This document shows positions 37,493 to 46,536 of a stretch of 64,000 nt of DNA, piece by piece; position 1 is the stretch's first letter, and each line of letters opens with the position of its first letter. The translations under genes and the position numbers were made by a program. Source of the DNA: an uncultured Candidatus Saccharibacteria bacterium (GTDB taxonomy: Bacteria; Patescibacteriota; Minisyncoccia; 2-02-FULL-40-12; GWA2-44-9); contig CAZBFM010000001.1 of NCBI GenBank assembly GCA_964491455.1, positions 564,903-628,902 of the forward strand, read 5' to 3'. The notes below the pieces were generated by a model, which saw only the letters and a list, made by a program, of their open reading frames with translations, ran no database searches and was not told where the DNA came from.

Positions 37493-39178
37493 TTAACCTA
37501 GCACTCTATGAATCTCCTCGATTGATGTGACTCCATCAATCAACTTTAGGTACCCGTCTTGCACCATCGTGACCATCCCTTCTTTGATTGCCAGGTCACG
37601 AATGTCTGTAACGGATGCCTCGTCTAAAATAAGTCGCTCCATAGCTCTGGTCACTTCAAACACCTCATACACTCCCACACGACCCTTGTAGCCGATTGAA
37701 TTGCACTCTGCGCACCCGCCAGGTCCATACAATGTCACGGTATCGAGCTTTGGAAGAGAGAATCGCTCCGCGATAGGGGAGATCTGTGCTGAGAGTTTTT
37801 GGGAATCTGCCTCCGAGAGTGTGACTGGTTTTTTGCAGTGTTCGCAAAGACGGCGAACGAGTCGTTGACCCATCGCCATTGTGAGCGCTGGGGCGACTGT
37901 GTCCGGCCGAACGCCGATATCAACGAGACGAGGTATGGTGCCAGCGGCGTCGTTAGTGTGAATCGTTGAGAGCACCATGTGACCCGTGAGAGCGGCTTCA
38001 AGGGCGATACTCGCTGTTTCGAGGTCGCGGATTTCACCGATGAGAATAATGTCGGGGTCTTGTCGTACGATTGCGCGTAGCCCTCCCGCGAATGTATAGC
38101 CCTTCGATGGTTCTACTTGGGTTTGGTTGACTCCCTTGATGTGATACTCGATAGGATCTTCCACGGTGATGATCTTCATATCGGGAGTGTTGAGGAAGTT
38201 CAAAAATGCATAGAGTGTCGTGGTTTTTCCAGAACCTGTGGGTCCGGTGGTGAGGAGGGTGCCTTGTGGGCGCGCGAGCAGTTCTTTCACTTTCTCGAGT
38301 ACGTCAGTACGCATGCCAAGGTCTTCAAGTTTTGCTTGAATGCCACGAGGGTCGAGCAAGCGCATCACAATAGACTCACCATATTCACTCGGAAGAACAG
38401 AAACACGAACTTCGATAGCGATGTCACTTTGACGGATGGTGAATCGGCCATCTTGCGGCGCCTTGGTGATGTTGAGCTTCATCTTGGAGAGCACTTTAAC
38501 GCGGCTCAACACGCGCTGATATCGCTCCTTATCAATTGTAGCGACTTCATGGAGAAGACCATCGAGACGATAGCGGAGACGTACAAGGTCTGATTCTGGT
38601 TCGAAGTGAATATCCGACGAGCGAGTCGCGAGTGCGCCAGCGATGAGCATTTCAAATAATTCAGTGACGGGAATATCAGCGAGCTTTGTTTTGATATCGG
38701 TGATAGTCTTGATTGACTGTGATGCTTTTGCAAGCGCGGCGTCATCAACATCAATAGCGCCCACCTCGAATACATCAGCGGTGGTGATGGTCGCGTAGCG
38801 TTGCCAAATCGACTCCATGGTGCGGAGGTCTACGATGAGGATCTTATTGGTGGGATATTGAGTGGTAATACTCGAAATGACCTCTTGCGCCTCTGGTGTG
38901 CGTGGGTCGAGCGCGGCAATTATCGCTGTCGCTGCTTGTACTTGAATGAGCGCAACGCCAGATGCGCGAGATTGGCTTTCTGGTACGTGCTTGAGAGCTG
39001 ATTGGTCTACAAGGAGTGCGTGAGAATCGAGAAAGGGCAAGCCAAGTTCTGTGGCGAGAGCTTGCGCGGTGCGAGTTTGCTCGTGTTCACTGATCTGTGC
39101 GAGCTTCTTATCGAGCTCAGCCGAGGCGTTGTTGGTGGTAGGGGGGACGGTGTTCGTCGACATATCTGAAGCCACCAT
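37493..39178 (-). CDS. pilB: GspE/PilB-family secretion ATPase (type IV pilus assembly ATPase-like)
   Basis: Walker A TGPTGSGKTT, Asp box, Walker B ILIGEIRD, and the C-terminal tetracysteine (CEHC...CAEC). Confidence 0.85.
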   Translation of the reverse strand: MVASDMSTNTVPPTTNNASAELDKKLAQISEHEQTRTAQALATELGLPFLDSHALLVDQSALKHVPESQSRASGVALIQVQAATAIIAALDPRTPEAQEVISSITTQYPTNKILIVDLRTMESIWQRYATITTADVFEVGAIDVDDAALAKASQSIKTITDIKTKLADIPVTELFEMLIAGALATRSSDIHFEPESDLVRLRYRLDGLLHEVATIDKERYQRVLSRVKVLSKMKLNITKAPQDGRFTIRQSDIAIEVRVSVLPSEYGESIVMRLLDPRGIQAKLEDLGMRTDVLEKVKELLARPQGTLLTTGPTGSGKTTTLYAFLNFLNTPDMKIITVEDPIEYHIKGVNQTQVEPSKGYTFAGGLRAIVRQDPDIILIGEIRDLETASIALEAALTGHMVLSTIHTNDAAGTIPRLVDIGVRPDTVAPALTMAMGQRLVRRLCEHCKKPVTLSEADSQKLSAQISPIAERFSLPKLDTVTLYGPGGCAECNSIGYKGRVGVYEVFEVTRAMERLILDEASVTDIRDLAIKEGMVTMVQDGYLKLIDGVTSIEEIHRVLG

Positions 39179-39240
39179 ACGCGAGAGCTTTGTTTTGTAA
39201 ACGGATTTTTGTGGACAACGTCATGCACATGTCTGAGGTG

Positions 39241-39269
39241 TTGACCATATGGCAATGATTTGCTATTAT
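39241..39269 (+). promoter_or_regulatory. promoter TTGACC-17 nt-TATTAT upstream of nusA, followed by a leader hairpin
   Basis: -35 at 39241-39246 and -10 at 39264-39269. A GAGGTCC...GGGCCTC hairpin lies in the ~70-nt leader. Confidence 0.5.
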
Positions 39270-39339
39270 ATTTGTAACGACGAGGTCCACGAGAGTGGGC
39301 CTCGAATTGTAGAGAGTAACAATTTAATAACAATTTAAG

Positions 39340-40584
39340 ATGATAGACATCAAGCAGTTCATGTCAGCGATCAAGCAGATTGCAGAAGAGAAGGGCATTG
39401 CGCAGGAGAGTGTATTGGACACCGTAGAAGCTGCACTCGCGGCCGCATACAAGCGCGACTACGGCAAGAAGGGACAGATTATTAAAGTGAAGCTCAATGC
39501 CGAAACCGGCGCCATGGATATCACCCAGACCCACTATGTTGTGGAGGGTTTTGACGAGGAAGGATATATCACGGGAGCACTTCCAGAGAAGGTAACCCAA
39601 GACCGCATCGATATCGTCGATATGCAGCGTCAGCGCGAGGCAGGGCAGGCGATTACCGGTGATCAGGAAATGACCGCCGAGGGTACCATCCGAGTGAAGT
39701 TCAACCCCGAAAAGCACATGACGCTTGAGGATGCAAAGAAGCACCAGAAGAAGATTGCTATTGGCGACGAAGTAGTTGAGGTGCTCGAGGCAAAGGAAGA
39801 CTTCGGTCGTATTGCCGCACAAACCGCAAAGCAGGTTGTTATTCAACGTCTCCGTGAGGCAGAGCGCGGAGCGGTCATGGCAGAGTATCGTGGCAAAGAG
39901 GGCACACTCGTGAGCGGTATGGTGCAGCGTCGCGAAGGGCCATTGGTGTTTGTTGACCTCGGAAAGACCAACGGGCTGCTTCCTGTGGCTGAGCAGATGC
40001 CATCAGACCATTATCGCATTGGGCAGCGCCTTCGCTTCTATATTGTAAAAGTAGAGGATAGTGCGCGTGGTCCTGTGATTGTGCTTTCGCGCGCGCATCA
40101 AAATCTCGTTCGTGAGCTCTTCCGTATGGAGGTGCCTGAAATTGATGGTGGCGCTGTGGCGGTTATGGGTATCGCGCGCGAGCCAGGTAGTCGCACGAAG
40201 ATTGCCGTCGCCTCAACGCAGGAAGGGGTTGACCCGATTGGATCACTTGTTGGACAGCGTGGTGTCCGCGTGCAGACGGTCATCAATGATTTGGGTGGAG
40301 AGAAGATTGATATCATTCAATACGATGAAGACGCGGCGAAATTTATTGCTAACGCATTGTCTCCTGCAAAGATTATGCAGGTGAACCTCACTGATATGGA
40401 TCATAAGGTTGCGCTTGCCGAGGTCGCTGATGATCAGTTCTCGCTCGCTATTGGAAAGGGCGGTCAGAATGTTCGTCTTGCTGCAAAGATCACCGGATGG
40501 AAGATTGATGTGCGTAGCCCAAAGGAGGTTGCATCATCTGATATCGAGGTGCCAGCTGTCGATGCGGTTGAGGCTGCAGAGTAA
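39340..40584 (+). CDS. nusA: transcription termination/antitermination factor NusA
   Basis: N-terminal domain, an S1 domain (GTLVSGMVQRREGPLVFVDLG) and two KH domains (SLAIGKGGQNVRLAAKITGW). Confidence 0.9.
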   Translation: MIDIKQFMSAIKQIAEEKGIAQESVLDTVEAALAAAYKRDYGKKGQIIKVKLNAETGAMDITQTHYVVEGFDEEGYITGALPEKVTQDRIDIVDMQRQREAGQAITGDQEMTAEGTIRVKFNPEKHMTLEDAKKHQKKIAIGDEVVEVLEAKEDFGRIAAQTAKQVVIQRLREAERGAVMAEYRGKEGTLVSGMVQRREGPLVFVDLGKTNGLLPVAEQMPSDHYRIGQRLRFYIVKVEDSARGPVIVLSRAHQNLVRELFRMEVPEIDGGAVAVMGIAREPGSRTKIAVASTQEGVDPIGSLVGQRGVRVQTVINDLGGEKIDIIQYDEDAAKFIANALSPAKIMQVNLTDMDHKVALAEVADDQFSLAIGKGGQNVRLAAKITGWKIDVRSPKEVASSDIEVPAVDAVEAAE

Positions 40585-40596
40585 TCACTTGTACGC

Positions 40597-41880
40597 ATGA
40601 ATATCACTACCACTACGGTCACGCCGTTCACCTTAAAGGCCAGCATCGAGCTCGATGCGACTGAATTGAAGAAGTTTATCGACGAAGCCAAGCAACGTAT
40701 CGCGCAGGATGTTACCGTTGAGGGTTTCCGGAAGGGGAAGGCGCCACAGCATCTCGTGGAGAAACAGGTACATCCTGAGGCAATTGCAAGTACTGCGCTT
40801 GAACTGGCTCTCGAGGCGAGCTTTAGCGATGCCGCTCAAAAAGAAGGATGGGATATAGTCCGAACATCAGACTTGAACGTTGAGAAAAACGATGCCACGG
40901 GATTACAGTATTCGATACAGGTGCACATCTGGCCGCCCGTTACACTCCCTGATTTGGCGGATGTGCGCATAGCACCCAAAGCAATCGACGTGAGCGAGCA
41001 GGAGATTGATGAGGCGCTTGATACTGTGCGCAATATGCGCGCAACGTTTCTTGATAAGACGGAGGCTGCATTGGAGGGGGATCGATGTGAAGTCGATTTC
41101 GATGCCTCTATGGATGGCGCCGTCATTGAGGGAGGATCAAGTCGCAATCATCCCTTGGTGATTGGAGGGAAAAACTTCATGCCGGGATTTGAGGAGCAAC
41201 TCGTCGGGCTTGCACCGGGAGAGACAAAGCAATTTACACTCACTGCTCCGGAGGATTATTACGAGAAAAAGCTCGCAGGAAAGGTTGTTGATTTCTCGGT
41301 AACCATGCGGAAGGTGCAGGCAGTGTTGAAGCCCGTTGCTGACGATGCATTTGCCGCATCGCTGGGCTCGTTTACCTCGATGGCGCAGCTGCGTGACAGC
41401 CTCCGAGAGGGGATCACCAAGGAGAAACAAGGAAAGGAGCAGCAACGAACTCGCTTGGCTGTTCTTGATGCGATCATCGAGAAAGCATCTGTGCCTGCCC
41501 CTGAAGATCACGTAAAGGCTGAGCTTGATGATATGGTGCATCGCTTTGGCCACGATCTTCAGGAGCGTGGAACTGACTTGAGTATGTATCTTGCGCGCAT
41601 GAAGAAAACAGAAGATGATCTCCGCAAAGACTGGACGCCAGAGGCTCAACGACAGGTGAAGATTCGACTGGTCTTACGCGAAGCGGCTAAGTCGCACAGC
41701 ATTACCGTATCACCCGAAGAGCTTGAAACAACGCTCAATCAAACCGTAGCTGAGCTCATCCGGCAGGGGCGTGCAACTGAAGATCAAATGGATCCACAAC
41801 GACTGCGCACGGCGCTGCTTGAGCGTATGCTTACCGACCGTACGTTGGAATTTCTCGAGAAGACGTGCGTTGTGGCATAG
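40597..41880 (+). CDS. tig: trigger factor
   Basis: GFRKGKAP signature in the N-terminal ribosome-binding domain, and a central PPIase domain (NFMPGFEEQLVG). Confidence 0.9.
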   Translation: MNITTTTVTPFTLKASIELDATELKKFIDEAKQRIAQDVTVEGFRKGKAPQHLVEKQVHPEAIASTALELALEASFSDAAQKEGWDIVRTSDLNVEKNDATGLQYSIQVHIWPPVTLPDLADVRIAPKAIDVSEQEIDEALDTVRNMRATFLDKTEAALEGDRCEVDFDASMDGAVIEGGSSRNHPLVIGGKNFMPGFEEQLVGLAPGETKQFTLTAPEDYYEKKLAGKVVDFSVTMRKVQAVLKPVADDAFAASLGSFTSMAQLRDSLREGITKEKQGKEQQRTRLAVLDAIIEKASVPAPEDHVKAELDDMVHRFGHDLQERGTDLSMYLARMKKTEDDLRKDWTPEAQRQVKIRLVLREAAKSHSITVSPEELETTLNQTVAELIRQGRATEDQMDPQRLRTALLERMLTDRTLEFLEKTCVVA

Positions 41881-41925
41881 TTGTGCACCGTTGTGACATG
41901 AGGCGTCGGTCCGTATACTAGGAAC

Positions 41926-42300
41926 ATGTTTCAATCGTATCAGTACTCGCACCTCTTGCTTCGTTGCGGTATCGCATTTGTGTTTTTCTGGTTGGGAGTT
42001 GAAAAGTTCATGCAACCTGCCACATGGGTCGGATCCTCGGTGCCACATTGGATTCAGGCGGCAACAGCTACTGTGGGGATGAGTGCGGCGAATGTGTTTG
42101 TGCTTACGGGTATCTTCCAGATACTCATCGCGACGAGTCTTGCTACGGCATTTTTTGAGCAATGGTTTGCGCCAGCAGGTGTGTTCTTTCTTGTCTGTTC
42201 ATTGTTTGCGTCAGACATATCACAGACAACTGCATACGATGTCGGACTTATCGCCTGCTTGCTTGCTCTGCTTTTGTGGCCGCATCGTCGGTATAGTTAG
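41926..42300 (+). CDS. small 4-TM membrane protein (DoxX-like?)
   Basis: 124 aa, hydrophobic. Confidence 0.4.
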   Translation: MFQSYQYSHLLLRCGIAFVFFWLGVEKFMQPATWVGSSVPHWIQAATATVGMSAANVFVLTGIFQILIATSLATAFFEQWFAPAGVFFLVCSLFASDISQTTAYDVGLIACLLALLLWPHRRYS

Positions 42301-42309
42301 TATCTCGTT

Positions 42310-43473
42310 ATGACCGATATCTATCTCGACAACGCAGCGGCAACACCGCTCGCGCCTCAAGCGCGCCGCGCGATGTTGCAAGCAACGAAGAGCTATGGCA
42401 ATCCATCGTCATTTAACGACGCCGGTCGCGCAGCTGCCGGCGTACTGCAACAGGCACGAGTCTCGGTGGCGAAATTTCTACACGCTCGTGAAGACGAGAT
42501 TGTATTCTGCTCTTCGGGTTCTGAGGCAAACGCTCTCGCGCTTGGCGGCGTCGTGCGAGAGCGGGGAGAGGGCGCGATTGTCACTGCTCCGACGGAGCAT
42601 TTGTCGGTGCTCGAAACATGTCAGGAGCTACAACGCGAGGGATACGAGATGCGTTTTGTGAGTGTCGATGAGGTAGGGCGGGTTCGTGTCGAGGATGTTG
42701 TGGCGATGCTCTCAACGGATGTGACCGTTGTGTCGTTGATGTATGCAAATAATGAGATCGGTACGATTCACGACATAGCCCGTATCGGCCGTGCAATCAC
42801 ACAGTGGAGAAAATCACGCAATTCGTCCTACCCCTTATTTCATGTTGATGCTTGCCAGGCGACGACGACGCTTCCCATGGATGTACAGCGCCTTGGGGTG
42901 GACCTTTTGACTCTCAATGGTGCGAAGGCGTATGGACCGCACGGAAGTGCAGCTCTCTTTGTGCGGCGAGGTGTGAGCTTAAGGGAGCTCGTGAGGGGTG
43001 GCTCGCAAGAGCGAGGGCGACGAGCGGGTACTGAAGATGTCGCTGGCGCGAGTGGTTTGGCGTCTGCGCTGATGCTCATTACTCCTGACGATGCGACACA
43101 TCTAGAGCAGCTCCGAGATTATTTTATCGATGAAATTATGACGCATGTTGTCGATGTGCGTATCAATGGCCCCATCGGACGTGAGCGTTCGCCGAGCAAC
43201 ATTCATATTTCAATTCCCGGATGCACTAGTGAAGAGCTTCTTTTGGAGCTAGATCGTCTTGGCGTCCATGCTGGTTCTGGTTCGGCGTGTACCGCTCACC
43301 GCGTAGAGCCATCGCACGTGTTGGTGGCGATCGGGACGCCTGCAGTGTATCTTGAAGGGGCGTTGCGGTTTTCACTAGGGAGGTCGACAACCAAAAAAGA
43401 CCTCGCGAGGGTTGCGAAAGCACTCCCTGGAATCATTGAGCGCATTCGCTCTCGCAAGGCGAGAGCTTCTTGA
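42310..43473 (+). CDS. cysteine desulfurase (class V aminotransferase, NifS/IscS-like)
   Basis: N-terminus IYLDNAATTPL, a PLP-Lys region, and the active-site HAGSGSACT loop. Confidence 0.85.
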   Translation: MTDIYLDNAAATPLAPQARRAMLQATKSYGNPSSFNDAGRAAAGVLQQARVSVAKFLHAREDEIVFCSSGSEANALALGGVVRERGEGAIVTAPTEHLSVLETCQELQREGYEMRFVSVDEVGRVRVEDVVAMLSTDVTVVSLMYANNEIGTIHDIARIGRAITQWRKSRNSSYPLFHVDACQATTTLPMDVQRLGVDLLTLNGAKAYGPHGSAALFVRRGVSLRELVRGGSQERGRRAGTEDVAGASGLASALMLITPDDATHLEQLRDYFIDEIMTHVVDVRINGPIGRERSPSNIHISIPGCTSEELLLELDRLGVHAGSGSACTAHRVEPSHVLVAIGTPAVYLEGALRFSLGRSTTKKDLARVAKALPGIIERIRSRKARAS

Positions 43474-43521
43474 GTCGTATCGTTTTTTGTGCTACAGTAT
43501 TGCCGGTTTGATCATTCACGA

Positions 43522-43593
43522 GTCCCCGTAGCTCAACGGATAGAGCAGCAGCCTTCGAAGCTGTTGATGGGGGTTCGATTCCCTCCGGGGACA
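43522..43593 (+). tRNA. tRNA-Arg (anticodon TCG)
   Basis: Acceptor GTCCCCG/CGGGGAC, anticodon loop CTTCGAA, D-loop AACGGATA. No CCA. Confidence 0.75.
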
Positions 43594-43615
43594 CACTCCG
43601 GCACGCACATTTCAT

Positions 43616-43691
43616 CCGCCCTTAGCTCAGTTGGTAGAGCTGCTCCCTCTTAAGGAGAAGGTCCCTGGTTCGAATCCAGGAGGGCGGACCA
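43616..43691 (+). tRNA. tRNA-Lys (anticodon CTT), CCA encoded
   Basis: Acceptor CCGCCCT/AGGGCGG, anticodon loop CTCTTAA, and a genomic 3' ACCA. Confidence 0.8.
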
Positions 43692-43698
43692 TCACAAA

Positions 43699-43730
43699 CA
43701 GAAAACACCCCGCGAGGGGTGTTTTCTGTT
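43699..43730. terminator. bidirectional intrinsic terminator (13-bp perfect stem)
   Basis: CAGAAAACACCCC-gcga-GGGGTGTTTTCTG with flanking A and T tracts. Serves the tRNA pair on the plus strand and the 3D-domain gene on the minus strand. Confidence 0.8.
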
Positions 43731-43733
43731 GGC

Positions 43734-44279
43734 TTACTTGATGACTTCAATCTGGACGAGGCGACGACCCAATTTAATAGCATCGGCCTTTGATTCAAAC
43801 CAGACGTCAACGTTCTTCTTGTACCGAGTGTTCATACGGTCTTCGACAACGAAGATCTTATCTCCAAAGAGAGAGGGGATCTTGATGGCGGTACCGAAGG
43901 GGAACATGTTAGTGGCAACGATACCATCACGGACGTGAGTACCTTTTGCTGTAATGAACGGACTGTCATCAGTCTGGCCCACCTCGGAGTTGTAAGCAGA
44001 CACTTCAACCATATAGTACTGACGAATAGTCTTTGCAGCGCCACCTTTGGGAGAGTTGATCGCGGCTATCGCATTACCAACGACGGTAGGCTGTTCATTG
44101 TCTTGAGCAGCACCCTGCGTGATAGAGGCGTAGAGAGAGTCGAAGGATCCGTTGCTGGCAACGTCCGAAGACGCAGCGTTAGAACGAAACCAATCGAGAA
44201 ATCCTGCCTGCGCAGATGTCGTGGTAAGGAGCGAGATTGCAATGAGCGATACGACCAGAATGTGCTTTCGCGTATTCAT
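43734..44279 (-). CDS. secreted 3D-domain (MltA-like) cell-wall-binding protein
   Basis: Signal peptide and a C-terminal 3D domain (GIVATNMFPFGTAIKIP...IFVVEDRMNTRYKKNVDVWFES...LGRR). Confidence 0.7.
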   Translation of the reverse strand: MNTRKHILVVSLIAISLLTTTSAQAGFLDWFRSNAASSDVASNGSFDSLYASITQGAAQDNEQPTVVGNAIAAINSPKGGAAKTIRQYYMVEVSAYNSEVGQTDDSPFITAKGTHVRDGIVATNMFPFGTAIKIPSLFGDKIFVVEDRMNTRYKKNVDVWFESKADAIKLGRRLVQIEVIK

Positions 44280-44537
44280 GGTGTTTCCGTCTACGATAGA
44301 GGGGTGAGTCGTTTCTGCCTATGCAGGACGGCTCTCCAGAATCGTTACAGGCGGCGTTGCAATCCAGCTCTTTATCAGGGGAGAGGAATTAAAAAATGGC
44401 CTACTTGAGCCATATATTAGTACCTCTATTACTCACTGGATTGTACATACAGTATAGCAAATATAGAGCAAAAAGTCAATAGCTGCGTACCATCACGAAA
44501 AGATGCAAAAACGCCCCTTTTGAGGCGTTTTATGGTG

Positions 44538-44608
44538 AGCGGGTAAGGGGAGTCGAACCCCTTTCTGGTCCTTGGCAAGGACCCATAATACCGGTATACG
44601 ATACCCGC
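44538..44608 (-). tRNA. tRNA-Gly (anticodon GCC)
   Basis: Anticodon loop TTGCCAA and U73 discriminator. An own promoter TTGATT-16 nt-TATACT lies at 44622-44649 on the minus strand. Confidence 0.75.
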
Positions 44609-44675
44609 AACTACGAAAGACAGTATACCACGAAGATGGAGCGAATCAATATCCAGGAGCTTGAGGGTGTGGGCG

Positions 44676-44884
44676 ATGTATGTGTCGCATAATTATCTTG
44701 TCGCACAATATAGAATACCTTGATCGGATGTGGATACCGAGTGGGGACTAGTATCGTGTCGCAAAATGAATTCTAGTGATGATGATCTGTGGACATGCGT
44801 AGCTGATAACTGACATGTCGCAAAATGGAAGTTTGTGTATCTGTTGTGTGGATACCGAGTGGGGAATACTATCGTGTCGCAAAA
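44676..44884. repeat. cluster of five GTCGCA(A/C)AAT-type motifs including two 38-bp direct repeats
   Basis: GTCGCA at 44684, 44700, 44757, 44817 and 44876. tgtggataccgagtggggaNtaNtatcgtgtcgcaaaa occurs at 44729-44766 and 44847-44884 with 36 of 38 positions identical. Confidence 0.6.
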
Positions 44885-44921
44885 GAAAACCACCCGATAA
44901 TGGATGGTTTTCTTGGTATTT

Positions 44922-44993
44922 GTGCCGGGCCCCAGAGTCGAACTGGGCACGCCTGCCTCTTCAGGGCAGCGCTCTACCGATGAGCTAGCCCGG
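44922..44993 (-). tRNA. tRNA-Phe (anticodon GAA)
   Basis: Anticodon loop CTGAAGA, A73, and -10 TACAAT 13 nt upstream. Confidence 0.8.
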
Positions 44994-45086
44994 CAGCTAT
45001 GACTATTGTATCCCTTCGCGCCTATGCGCTTGTGGGTACTTGGCCAGCCACTCTCTTCAGGATGCTGAATATTGAGTGGCCAAGTG

Positions 45087-45160
45087 TGGGCGATATAGGA
45101 CTCGAACCTATAACCTTCTCAACGTCAATGAGACGCTCTAGCCAATTGAGCTAATCGCCC
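45087..45160 (-). tRNA. tRNA-Val (anticodon GAC)
   Basis: Anticodon loop TTGACGT, A73. Confidence 0.75.
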
Positions 45161-45249
45161 GTATCTGATTGTTGTTCCGTGCGCCTATGCGCGTGTGGGT
45201 ACTTGGCCAGTATCCTGCCTCAACATACAGAACAAAGAGTGACCAAGTG

Positions 45250-45333
45250 TGCGCGGGAGAGGACTTGAACCTCCATGCCCTTGCGGGCGCTACCACCTCA
45301 AGGTAGTGCGTCTGCCAGTTTCGCCACCCGCGC
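45250..45333 (-). tRNA. tRNA-Leu (anticodon GAG)
   Basis: Type-II tRNA with long variable arm, anticodon loop TTGAGGT, A73. Confidence 0.75.
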
Positions 45334-45373
45334 ATCTATCGCTATACATTCAACTGCCGGCATAGCATAGCGC

Positions 45374-45402
45374 AAAAGCCCACCTTTTTCAAGGTGGGCT
45401 TT
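45374..45402 (-). terminator. intrinsic terminator of rplS
   Basis: AAAAGCCCACCTT-tttc-AAGGTGGGCTTT. The minus-strand reading is followed by TTTTGCG. Confidence 0.7.
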
Positions 45403-45411
45403 GGGGGAGGA

Positions 45412-45825
45412 CTAGGAGGTGGCCTCTTCGGTCGCCGGGGCTTCCTCGGCTGCGATTGATGCGACGGATGCCTCTGAGCGGGTCTTGCGGCGGATCTCTT
45501 TGGCGGTCTTGTCGCGGAGGTAGTACATCTTTGCTCGGCGAGTGCGTCCTGCTTTGACGACTTCGATCTTATCGATGGAAGGAAGGCGCAGTGGGTAGAC
45601 TTTTTCGACGCCATAGCCACCGATAGAGCGACGGACGGTCATTGTGGCGCCGGCCTCATCACCGTGCTTGCGGGCGATGATAATACCCTCGAAGATCTGG
45701 TTCTTTCCCTTTTCTCCTGCTTTGAGACGCTGGTGTACCCGTACTGTCATGCCGACCTTAAGGTCCGCATATTTGCTTGCGGGGTTGTGCTTGTCTGCGA
45801 ATGTAGAAATGATTTGCTGGGACAT
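45412..45825 (-). CDS. rplS: 50S ribosomal protein L19 (with C-terminal Ala/Glu-rich extension)
   Basis: Conserved core KVGMTVRVHQRLKAGEKGKNQIFEGIIIARKHG...YGVEKVYPL. Confidence 0.9.
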   Translation of the reverse strand: MSQQIISTFADKHNPASKYADLKVGMTVRVHQRLKAGEKGKNQIFEGIIIARKHGDEAGATMTVRRSIGGYGVEKVYPLRLPSIDKIEVVKAGRTRRAKMYYLRDKTAKEIRRKTRSEASVASIAAEEAPATEEATS

Positions 45826-45843
45826 GGGATTTGAAATGTCTGG

Positions 45844-46536
45844 CTATTGTAGCGTATCTAATACTTTTTGTAAAGGCTCTGGAAGGTCGGCTTCTAGGCG
45901 CATAGAAGTGCCTGACGGGGTGGTGAGTTCGAGCTTCCAGGCGTGCAAAAAGGGTCGATCAAGACCGAGGGTCTCTTTGCCAGGGGAGTAGAGCGGGTCG
46001 CCAACGATAGGGGTCCCGATTGCTTTGAGGTGGGCCCGAATTTGATGGGTACGACCCGTGCGAGGCATGCATTCGATGAGCGAATAACCATCGAAGCGAC
46101 GAGTGACTTTGTAGTCGGTAATAGCAGTACGCTCTACGAGGTCTCGAGTCCCGTGTATGTGGGTTGTTGTTTTGGCGCCAACCCGTCCGACGGGCATATC
46201 AATAGTGCCTGAAGCTTCTTTTGGTGTTCCATGTGCTAGTGCAAGGTAGGTTTTACGAATCTTGTGATCGTGAAAAAGGGACTTTAGGTATTCAAAACTC
46301 TTTTGATTTATTGCTAGCAGCATAACCCCTGAAGTGTCGCGGTCGAGACGATGCACTATTCCAGGGCGCAGAGGGTCTTCGCCGACGCCACTCATTTCCG
46401 GCCAGCGCTCAATGGCAAGATCGGCCAGAGTAATCTGGGGGTCATCTTGAGATGTTTTATGCACGGTAAGACCGGGCGGCTTATCGATGGCCACAAAATC
46501 GGAGTCTTCGTAGATGACGGAGAGGTCTAGAGCCAT
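45844..46536 (-). CDS. RluA-family pseudouridine synthase
   Basis: Catalytic motif HRLDRDTSGVMLLA. Confidence 0.85.
   Translation of the reverse strand: MALDLSVIYEDSDFVAIDKPPGLTVHKTSQDDPQITLADLAIERWPEMSGVGEDPLRPGIVHRLDRDTSGVMLLAINQKSFEYLKSLFHDHKIRKTYLALAHGTPKEASGTIDMPVGRVGAKTTTHIHGTRDLVERTAITDYKVTRRFDGYSLIECMPRTGRTHQIRAHLKAIGTPIVGDPLYSPGKETLGLDRPFLHAWKLELTTPSGTSMRLEADLPEPLQKVLDTLQ

Noticed and set aside
44640-44910. CRISPR array interpretation of the GTCGCA repeat cluster
   Set aside because: Repeats are short, irregularly spaced and partly overlapping. There are no uniform spacers and no cas genes.
45138-45335. 65-aa ORF on the minus strand
   Set aside because: It coincides exactly with tRNA-Leu(GAG).
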